Positions 1 to 7,103 of a DNA stretch of 12,790 nt are shown piece after piece. The position numbers and the translations under genes were made by a program. Numbering within the stretch: the stretch's first letter is position 1; every line of letters starts with the position of its first letter. Origin of the DNA: Promethearchaeota archaeon (GTDB lineage Archaea > Asgardarchaeota > Thorarchaeia > Thorarchaeales > Thorarchaeaceae); the NCBI GenBank assembly GCA_048939765.1, contig JBHLPF010000062.1, positions 1 to 12,790 of the forward strand. Direction: 5' to 3'. The notes under the pieces are model-generated. The model saw nothing but the letters and a program-made list of their open reading frames with translations, was not told the DNA's origin and made no database searches.

Positions 1-549
1 GAGATGGGAGAACTCCTGATTCAACTGGCCATCCTCACTAGACTGTCAGCCGAAGAGCTAGAGGACTTCAGGCGAGATATTTCAAAAATGCGTGTAAGCG
101 AACAAGCGGCATTCGTCAAGGAGGTCATCTATCAAGAAGCTCTAAGAGTTGCGCGACTGGAACATAGACGTTACGAAGAGGTCCTTGAAGATGTAGTCAG
201 TCAAGCCCGGCAAAGACTTGTTGGTGAAGACATCATCGCAGTATCTGAAATTGATACCTCGGCTGCTGATGCAGAGCCATTAGTCCTAACAGAAGACAAA
301 GCAAAGATTGAGTTCGATGAAATCCGAACTAAAGTTGAAGAACCAACCGAGGCTAGGAAGGACGAAGCTCCGTCTGATGTTCGAGAGTATATGCATGCAT
401 ACGAGATAGAAGAGCTTAGGTCGCAACTAGAGGCTAGAGGCCTGCCAAGAGAGGAAATTTCCGTGATAATAGAACAAGTCAGGACACTGCCAAGAGAGCT
501 GGTCGATGATCTCATTAAGAGCCTCATTGGCGACAAGAAAGAGGGCTAG
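1..549 (+). CDS. C-terminal part of an uncharacterised acidic, alpha-helical protein (5'-truncated by the window)
   Basis: Frame +1 is open from base 1 (GAG ATG...), so the Met at 4 is probably internal; TAG stop at 547-549. Two amphipathic helical segments are separated by an acidic, Pro-containing linker. From memory it resembles cytoplasmic C-termini of large Thorarchaeia proteins (not verified). Confidence 0.75.
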   Translation, partial: EMGELLIQLAILTRLSAEELEDFRRDISKMRVSEQAAFVKEVIYQEALRVARLEHRRYEEVLEDVVSQARQRLVGEDIIAVSEIDTSAADAEPLVLTEDKAKIEFDEIRTKVEEPTEARKDEAPSDVREYMHAYEIEELRSQLEARGLPREEISVIIEQVRTLPRELVDDLIKSLIGDKKEG

Positions 550-558
550 CACATGTGA

Positions 559-1611
559 CTAGGAATCAGCAGAATCGACAGAGTTTCGTAATTCATAGTG
601 AGCATCATCCATCTCACTAAGTCTCCTAATGGTAATATCAATGGCCACTGATGACACATCACACATTATCCAAGCACGCTGCAATCTACTCGCGGCAACA
701 GCCGTCGTCCCTGATCCTCCAAAGAAATCTGCGACCACATCTCCTGGATTCGTTGCGCATTCAATAATCCTCTCTAGGAGTGCTAGAGGCTTCTGAGTCA
801 GAAATCCTGAATACTCTCTTGAAGCGCCCTGAATTGGATTGATGTCTAGCCAGAGGTCCGAAACGAGAACTCCTGGTACCTCTGATAGATATTGCTTCTT
901 CGAGTAGCGTCCGTTCCTACTCCTGTAGATCCTATCTTCATTCCACCACCTGTCCAGAGTTTCTCGCCTGTAGAGATATGGAGCTGTCCTTCCTCTCCAT
1001 TCAAACTGCTTGCGACTTTCAGTTCTCTGGATTCCTTGTGCCTCTATCTCTATCAGTCGAAACTTGCCTCGCTCATCTTTGTACCTGTAGGGTCTCAAGG
1101 ATTTCTCATCATGCTTTCGGAAGACAGAGCTTGTTTCGAATTTGGTTACGTCTTTCGCGTATAGCAGGATGTTATCATGCTGACTGCCAAAGCCTTTGCT
1201 TTGCGATTTTGGACTGTTGGTTCTTCGCCAAACGATTTCATTGACGAAGTTGGATTCGCCAAAGATATCATCAAGCATTGTCTTAACATAGTGGGACACA
1301 TGTAGGTCCACATGGACCCATAGACTCCCGTCCTCTCGAAGCAGCGGCTTCATGGCTTCTATTCTTTCTCTCATGAACTGTAGATATTCCTCTAATCCTC
1401 CTGCCCATTTATCGGTATACGTGACTCTCTCACGCAGCTCAGGAGCCTGCTTGTGCGTGCCCTTTCCTCTCTTCTTCAGCGTATAGTCTGTTCCGGAGAA
1501 ATATGGAGGATCGATATAGATGAGTCGAATCCTCTTGAGAAGTCTTGCTCTATTCTCTTCCATAAATTGAAGGCAATCGCCTACGAAGATCAGATTCTTT
1601 GACTCATCCAT
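559..1611 (-). CDS. Site-specific DNA methyltransferase, N6-adenine/N4-cytosine, beta class (Mod-like, orphan), about 350 aa
   Basis: Catalytic motif IV IYIDPPY lies N-terminal to SAM-binding motif I DFFGGSGTT (beta order); also LIFVGDCL, NEIVW and TQKPLALLERII. Start moved to the ATG at 1611 (MDESKNLIF) because the longer ORF-track extension overlaps the divergent gene; the ATG at 1674 is an alternative. Confidence 0.9.
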   Translation of the reverse strand: MDESKNLIFVGDCLQFMEENRARLLKRIRLIYIDPPYFSGTDYTLKKRGKGTHKQAPELRERVTYTDKWAGGLEEYLQFMRERIEAMKPLLREDGSLWVHVDLHVSHYVKTMLDDIFGESNFVNEIVWRRTNSPKSQSKGFGSQHDNILLYAKDVTKFETSSVFRKHDEKSLRPYRYKDERGKFRLIEIEAQGIQRTESRKQFEWRGRTAPYLYRRETLDRWWNEDRIYRSRNGRYSKKQYLSEVPGVLVSDLWLDINPIQGASREYSGFLTQKPLALLERIIECATNPGDVVADFFGGSGTTAVAASRLQRAWIMCDVSSVAIDITIRRLSEMDDAHYELRNSVDSADS

Positions 1612-1685
1612 GGAATTGGAATTGCGCCTTCTCCTTAAGAGGCCTTTCAGTGCAGCAGGCTTTGTAGCCCCCATGAGTCCGGCAG

Positions 1686-1698
1686 TGATATATTTCGG
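1686..1698. promoter_or_regulatory. Candidate TATA element in the divergent MTase/flippase intergenic region
   Basis: AT-rich GATATATTTC (minus strand cgAAATATATc) lies between the starts at 1611 and 1741; an SD-like GGAGG at 1726-1730 precedes the ATG at 1741. Confidence 0.4.
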
Positions 1699-1740
1699 AT
1701 TTCGTACCAAATACTGGCTGCACGTGGAGGCTATTGAGAT

Positions 1741-4443
1741 ATGGACCGAGCTCAGACTCAAATGATATCTGCATTGATGATGTTTCTGGTTCTGCCTGGG
1801 GTTGTCGTAGGCTTGGTTGTAGCTGGCCCTCTCACCCCATCTCAAGCCGCTGGAAGTGTACATGCCGTTGTGGTTGGAGGTGATGCAGCTCCAGCAGTAG
1901 TACGGTCGCTCGAATTGGATTCAGAGTCCATTATTCTTGATGAAGCCAGTACTATCACAGAGGCACTGGCCGTATCCGATATCAATGTGATAGTCCTAGT
2001 TGATACTCCACTCGGACCAGCAGACGTCGCACCGCTTCAGACATTTGTGAATGGTGGTGGAGGTCTGCTTCTGCTCCTCGGTCCTGTCACCTCGAGCAAT
2101 GGGACTGGGTTACAGGAATTGGGTATCACTATGAACAACAATGTGGGTAGCAGCTCTGACCAAGCCAATATCATCACTCGGATTGTGGATCCTGCTCATG
2201 ACGTTCTTGGCTATGACTGGTCGTCTGCACCCCCGACAGAAAAGATCGCTGTTCTTCCGACGCTCTCAGCTGCATCGGAAGTACTTCTTGCAAATGATAC
2301 TGGGTTCGGCACATGGGGCGCGCCTCTACTTGTCAATACTCCCATAGGTGCAGGTAATGTCATGGTGTATACTTCATGGCTTACAGTTGACGCACTATCT
2401 GACAATCGGCAAATCAATGAGGAGATAGTGCTCTGGCCCTACTTCAACTACTTCATGTATTCTACCACCCTGTATCTTGGCGACGAAACGGCCTTTACCT
2501 ATGCGGAATGGAATTATTCCCCAGTTCCCAAGCTAGAACAGCAAGCAATCATTGGTGTTATTGTGATTGTCCTGGCTGTGGTCACCATCTCATCATACAG
2601 AACAATGAAGAAGAGATCCAAGAACCAGCCAGAGGTGCTGACGGAGATTGAGCGGGCTGAATTACTCATAGAAGTAGAGGAAGAGATAGACAACTGGGAA
2701 GATATTGGAATGCACCGACAACTGGGTGGTTTCCTGATTCAGCTCTTCATTACTTTGCTCCTAGTGATTCCACGTGTAGTGCTGACCATTATGGTCTATC
2801 CATTATTTATCATGCCATTCCCTCAGGCAGCGGGGTGGTATTCATTCAGCGTGAACCTATTCCTTGGTCTGTGGACTCTTTTTGATCTTGGCACAAGCGT
2901 AGCACTGGCCAAATACTTCGCTGAATACAGAGTCACAGAGCCAGAGGAAGCAGTGAAGTATGCGCAGATATTCGTCTGGTTTCAATGTATCACTGGTGTT
3001 GTCCAGGTTTCAATTGTTGCGTTCGTAGGCTCCATAGTTTTTCCACATACATACCTCGCACATCTCTCCTACGTATTCGTTGCTCATTCTGTGTTTCAAT
3101 TTCCTGGATTCACACTTCTATTCATCCATGTGTTCAGGGGAATGAACAGGATCGATTACCAGCAGGTAGTATACGTTCTCAAGTACATTGTGTTCGATAT
3201 AGTCGGACAATACTCGCTGATTATCGTCTTTCGGATCTGGGGTGCAGGCAATCCGATTTTCGGCGAAGCTTTAGGGGGTGCAATTGGCCAAGCTATTGGG
3301 TCCTATCTATCAGAGTGGCTTACGTTCTTTGTTGGTCTCTATATCTTCCGCGGATTAGGTCTGAAAGCCAGCACTCTGTTCCGGATCGATTTCAGCAGAG
3401 AGCAGGTCGTCAGGGCCCTGAAGTTTGGCGGCAAATGGACAGTAGGAGCTGCAGCTGTTCCCTTGGTTTGGTTCTATCAGATGCTTCTAATCAGCACAAA
3501 CCTCTTGAATTGGTCAGCTCTCCAGGGGCAGTTTCAGCTCGCTTGGGACCTCGCCATCATGGTTTCAGTGGTAGGACTATTCATGGAGGGGATGCTTGGA
3601 GGAGTCTCTGAGGCGTATTCTCATGCAAAGAAGAAGCTCACGGAGCTGTACACTGCTCAGGGCCTGAAATATGGGGCATTCTTTGTGTTCTGGCTCATTT
3701 CAGTTCTGGCAGCTCTTGGTTGGAGGGCAATTCTGGGAGCAGCAGGTGCTGAATGGGCCTATGCAGCTGAGCTACTCCAGTATTTCCTCCTCTTCCAGTT
3801 GTTTGGATTCTGGAGCTGGCTCGGTGATTGGATGTTCGCTGGTGCCGACCGAACCGGCCTTGCAGCAGCAGCATGGATTCTTGAACAGTCACTGCGTGCA
3901 GTCTTCATGACTTATTTTGTGCTCACAGAGCCAATAGTTTTCGGGCTCTACCTTGGAGGAATGCCGGGGATAATAACTGGCTATACTCTTGCACTTGTCA
4001 TTAAGGACATTTCAATGTGGATTCTTATCAGACGCAGTATCTCCGCTCCAAAGCTCTATCTTTGGCAGAGTTATGCTGGACCTGGTTTAGCGGCAATTAT
4101 CAACTTCCTCGTGCTGGAGGTACTCGCCATCCTCCTTTGGCAGGGAGAGATTGTTACATCAGCTATACTGTTCTTCATTGGAGTCTTGCCATCACTCTAC
4201 CTCTATTCATTCATTAGCGGACTCACTGGTACTTGGGATACTCGAACAGTGACGGAATTCAAACGGGCTTCAGATATGGTGACAATGAGAGGCGTTGGTT
4301 GGTTGGCCAGAAGATTCTATGGTTCAATCGCTCTTGGAGCACGAATATCACCACTCCATAATCGATTCCCCATTGACATCTACGATGAAGCCATGAAAGA
4401 GGCAGAAGAGTTGACTAGAGAAAAGAAGCAGCTAGTGATCTAG
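1741..4443 (+). CDS. Membrane protein: signal/TM anchor + extracellular class I GATase-like (GIFT/DUF4350-like) domain + TM + MOP-superfamily oligosaccharide flippase (Wzx/RfbX/Rft1-like)
   Basis: Hydrophobic N-terminus (aa ~9-29). Soluble domain with the VIVLVD...LQTFVNGGGGLLLLLG pattern. TM at aa ~269-286 followed by a basic stop-transfer segment (RTMKKRSK). From aa ~319 about 12-14 TM helices with the Wzx-like FDLGTSVALAKYFAEY motif. Confidence 0.75.
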   Translation: MDRAQTQMISALMMFLVLPGVVVGLVVAGPLTPSQAAGSVHAVVVGGDAAPAVVRSLELDSESIILDEASTITEALAVSDINVIVLVDTPLGPADVAPLQTFVNGGGGLLLLLGPVTSSNGTGLQELGITMNNNVGSSSDQANIITRIVDPAHDVLGYDWSSAPPTEKIAVLPTLSAASEVLLANDTGFGTWGAPLLVNTPIGAGNVMVYTSWLTVDALSDNRQINEEIVLWPYFNYFMYSTTLYLGDETAFTYAEWNYSPVPKLEQQAIIGVIVIVLAVVTISSYRTMKKRSKNQPEVLTEIERAELLIEVEEEIDNWEDIGMHRQLGGFLIQLFITLLLVIPRVVLTIMVYPLFIMPFPQAAGWYSFSVNLFLGLWTLFDLGTSVALAKYFAEYRVTEPEEAVKYAQIFVWFQCITGVVQVSIVAFVGSIVFPHTYLAHLSYVFVAHSVFQFPGFTLLFIHVFRGMNRIDYQQVVYVLKYIVFDIVGQYSLIIVFRIWGAGNPIFGEALGGAIGQAIGSYLSEWLTFFVGLYIFRGLGLKASTLFRIDFSREQVVRALKFGGKWTVGAAAVPLVWFYQMLLISTNLLNWSALQGQFQLAWDLAIMVSVVGLFMEGMLGGVSEAYSHAKKKLTELYTAQGLKYGAFFVFWLISVLAALGWRAILGAAGAEWAYAAELLQYFLLFQLFGFWSWLGDWMFAGADRTGLAAAAWILEQSLRAVFMTYFVLTEPIVFGLYLGGMPGIITGYTLALVIKDISMWILIRRSISAPKLYLWQSYAGPGLAAIINFLVLEVLAILLWQGEIVTSAILFFIGVLPSLYLYSFISGLTGTWDTRTVTEFKRASDMVTMRGVGWLARRFYGSIALGARISPLHNRFPIDIYDEAMKEAEELTREKKQLVI

Positions 4444-4481
4444 CGTATATGCTGGCAAAATGAAAGTCAAAGAATGGAAGT
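4444..4481 (-). terminator. Candidate archaeal pyrimidine/U-rich terminator for rps17e
   Basis: The minus strand directly after the eS17 stop reads acttccattctttgactttcatttt, within a 38-nt gap between convergent genes. Confidence 0.4.
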
Positions 4482-4730
4482 CTACATCTCGAGATCTTCT
4501 GGAAGTTCCTCGCCATGCTCTTCGCTCTCCAAGGCTTCACGAGCAATGCCAATTTTGATTAGCGTAACGAGATATCCAGCAATTCTATTCCGCACTTTCT
4601 TGGTCTTCGCATCGGTGAGCTGTTCGACAAGCCTCTTATTGCTCTCAAAATCCTCTGTGAATGTATCTGGGTACAACTGAAGCAACGCTTTTGCAGCATT
4701 CTTGATATATCGTGGTCTTACACTACCCAA
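4482..4730 (-). CDS. rps17e: 30S ribosomal protein eS17 (S17e), 82 aa
   Basis: (M)GSVRPRYIKNAAKALLQLYPDTFTEDFESNK...KKVRNRIAGY is the S17e signature. The start is TTG at 4730-4728, preceded by the SD-like GGTGAG. Confidence 0.95.
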   Translation of the reverse strand: MGSVRPRYIKNAAKALLQLYPDTFTEDFESNKRLVEQLTDAKTKKVRNRIAGYLVTLIKIGIAREALESEEHGEELPEDLEM

Positions 4731-4775
4731 TTCTGACTCACCGTGTAATGTGACTGGTCCCTCGTGCCCTAGAGT

Positions 4776-4788
4776 ATGAATATAAAGC
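4776..4788. promoter_or_regulatory. TATA box, possibly bidirectional, between rps17e and lig
   Basis: GAATATAAAG on the plus strand (TATAAA at 4781-4786) reads TTTATATT on the minus strand; it is about 40 nt from the lig ATG and about 50 nt from the rps17e TTG. Confidence 0.55.
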
Positions 4789-4826
4789 ATGTGGTGCCTA
4801 CCTCGTTTGTGAGTGGCGATTAGTTC

Positions 4827-6590
4827 ATGCTTTACGAGACCCTTGCCATTGCATACGAAGAAATTGAGACCACAGCGGGCGCTCTTGAAAAGACACGACT
4901 CTTCTCGGAGCTATTGGAGAAGGCGGATCCGCTGGAAGTAGACAGGATTGTGGCTCTCACGATAGCGAAGCTCCATCCCGATTGGGCAGGAGAGCCTGAA
5001 ATCGGGATAGCAGAGAAGATGGCCATTCAAGTTGTTGCCGCAGCAGCTTCTGTAAGAGAAAGCTTGGTCAAAGAGAGGCTGAGAGAGGTTGGAGATATTG
5101 GTGCTACAGCTGAGTCTTTGCTGCAGGTAGGTGCACAGACTTCTCTCTTCGCAGAAGAATTGACAATCCAGCTCGTCTATGACACTCTTGACACGATGGC
5201 TCGAATCAGTGGCAAGGGAAGTGCAAAGGACAAGACAGCCAAGCTCGTAGGTCTCTTATCTGATTCATCACCTCTTGAAGCCAAATACATACTGCGAACA
5301 ATAACTGGTCAGCTGAGGTTAGGGCTTGGATACATGGGTGTCATGGACTCGCTAGCGATGGCATTCGCAGGTGGAAAAGAGGCGCGCGAAACAATAGAGA
5401 ATGCATTTAATGTCTGTAGCGACTTAACGGCGGTCGCGCGGATTCTCGCAACTGAAGGTATTGACGCAGTGGGAGATGTCCAGAGCACAGTAGGGCGGCC
5501 CATTAGAATGATGGCCGCAAAGAAGCTTTCCAACTCAAGTGAGATAATCGAGAAGGCCGGACCTGAAGTCCTAGTAGAGTACAAGTATGACGGGGAACGA
5601 GTTCAAGTGCATAAGAATGGTGATAGCATCACTCTTTTCTCAAGGCGTCAAGAAGTGATAACAGAACAGTATCCTGATGTCGTTGAACTGGTAAGGGCTC
5701 AAGTTAGGGCTGAAAAGTGTGTCCTGGAGGGCGAATGTGTAGCAATAGACCCTGAAACTGGACGAAGTCGTCCTTTTCAGGAACTCATGAGACGCAGAAG
5801 AAAGACTGACATCGATGAAATGCGTGAGGAGGTCCCTGTTGCAATCTATTTCTTCGATATACTGTTCTTCGAAGGCAAGGATGTGACAGCTCTTTCAATG
5901 ATCGAGAGAAGAAAATTGCTTGAGAAGACAGTTGAAAAGAGTGATAGAGTTTCACTTACGGTTGGTGAGTTGACATCCGACCCCGAGCGACTTGACGAGA
6001 TATTCACCAATGCGATTGAAACAGGTCATGAAGGAGTCATTGCTAAAGCCGTACATGAGAACTCAACGTACCAGGCAGGGTCTCGAAGCTGGCTATGGAT
6101 CAAGCTGAAGGCATCATACCAAGAAGGGATGTCCGATTCCGTGGACTTAGTTGTTGTGGGTGCATTTCATGGACGTGGAAAGAGAACTAGTCTATATGGA
6201 GCAATTCTGGCTTCAGCATATGATGAAGACTCAGATACATTCCCAACCGTGTGCAAGATTGGGACTGGATTCACTGATGCAATGTTGAATGAGTTCAAAG
6301 AACGATTGGATCGACACAAGTTAGAAACACGGAGTCCCAAAGTTGAGTCAGAAATAGATGCTGAAGTCTGGTTCAATCCTGAAGAGGTAATTGAGGTTCT
6401 TGGTGATGAGATAACAATCAGTCCTATTCACCCCGCAGGCAAGCGCCAAATCAAGGATGGAGGACTCGCAATACGATTCCCAAGATTCACAGGTCGATGG
6501 AGGGACGACAAGGATCCGCGTCAAGCCACTTCTGTACAGGAGCTAATTGAGCTCTTTGACAGACAGCGAAGTAGAGGCCAAGGGGATTGA
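4827..6590 (+). CDS. lig: ATP-dependent DNA ligase (archaeal type), 587 aa
   Basis: N-terminal DNA-binding domain; motifs I EYKYDGER, III LEGE, IIIa FDILF, IV EGVIAK, V WIKLK and VI IRFPRF..RDDK; OB-fold VDLVVVGAFHGRGKR. Confidence 0.97.
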   Translation: MLYETLAIAYEEIETTAGALEKTRLFSELLEKADPLEVDRIVALTIAKLHPDWAGEPEIGIAEKMAIQVVAAAASVRESLVKERLREVGDIGATAESLLQVGAQTSLFAEELTIQLVYDTLDTMARISGKGSAKDKTAKLVGLLSDSSPLEAKYILRTITGQLRLGLGYMGVMDSLAMAFAGGKEARETIENAFNVCSDLTAVARILATEGIDAVGDVQSTVGRPIRMMAAKKLSNSSEIIEKAGPEVLVEYKYDGERVQVHKNGDSITLFSRRQEVITEQYPDVVELVRAQVRAEKCVLEGECVAIDPETGRSRPFQELMRRRRKTDIDEMREEVPVAIYFFDILFFEGKDVTALSMIERRKLLEKTVEKSDRVSLTVGELTSDPERLDEIFTNAIETGHEGVIAKAVHENSTYQAGSRSWLWIKLKASYQEGMSDSVDLVVVGAFHGRGKRTSLYGAILASAYDEDSDTFPTVCKIGTGFTDAMLNEFKERLDRHKLETRSPKVESEIDAEVWFNPEEVIEVLGDEITISPIHPAGKRQIKDGGLAIRFPRFTGRWRDDKDPRQATSVQELIELFDRQRSRGQGD

Positions 6591-6644
6591 GTCCGACAGT
6601 TTTAGAAGCAAGTCCATCCTGTTCAATAGATGGTGTGACATCGG

Positions 6645-7103
6645 ATGCATAGTATCAGGGTGAACGATCAGCGGCTTCATTTCAGCTCGGCTCATTTTAT
6701 CATAGGCGCTGACTACTGTGAAACCCTCCATGGGCACAATTACTTCGTTGATATCACTGTTTCAGGACCGCTTGATTCAGAAGGCATGGTAATGGACTTC
6801 AGGGACATCAAGAAGAAGGCGATCCAAATCTGCGAGCGACTTGACCATAGGACATTGCTGCCCAGCAAGTCCAAGTCGATCAAGGTGGCTGATGGCGATC
6901 TCTCATATGAAGTAACAGTGGGCGGCAAGCGCTATGTCTTTCCCAAGGAAGACTGCTTCGTATTGCCAATTGATGCAACAACAGCTGAACGACTTGCAGA
7001 ATACATTGCATCTGAGATGGGCCTTCCTGAGAGATGCAATATCAAGGTCTGCGTGAGCGAGAGTATTGGTTCCATGGGCTGTTTTGAGTCAAAGGACATC
7101 TAG
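6645..7103 (+). CDS. queD: 6-carboxytetrahydropterin synthase / 6-pyruvoyl tetrahydropterin synthase family (QueD-like T-fold)
   Basis: FSSAHF; C-x3-HGH motif (CETLHGHNY); GMVMDF; LDH; TTAERLA; C-terminal VSES. Confidence 0.88.
   Translation: MHSIRVNDQRLHFSSAHFIIGADYCETLHGHNYFVDITVSGPLDSEGMVMDFRDIKKKAIQICERLDHRTLLPSKSKSIKVADGDLSYEVTVGGKRYVFPKEDCFVLPIDATTAERLAEYIASEMGLPERCNIKVCVSESIGSMGCFESKDI

Noticed and set aside
1612-1863. 84-aa N-terminal extension of the methyltransferase in the ORF track
   Set aside because: It overlaps the start of the divergent 900-aa gene and the likely promoter; family similarity begins at MDESKNLIF.
2985-3611. 208-aa alternative-frame ORF, plus the other short nested or antisense ORFs in the track
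   Set aside because: They lie within well-supported genes, have Ser/Arg/Cys-rich shadow composition and show no motifs.
4731-4790. 20-aa N-terminal extension of eS17
   Set aside because: It spans the TATA box and SD; the conserved N-terminus begins at the TTG at 4730.
6588-6645. Ligase-QueD fusion by TGA (selenocysteine) readthrough, since both genes are in the same frame
   Set aside because: An in-frame TAG at 6603-6605 intervenes, and the ligase is already complete.
559-7103. 7-deazaguanine DNA-modification (dpd) island suggested by MTase + ligase + queD
   Set aside because: No dpdA, queC, queE or folE is present, and the genes are in different transcription units around a ribosomal protein gene. 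A role in archaeosine or pterin synthesis is simpler.
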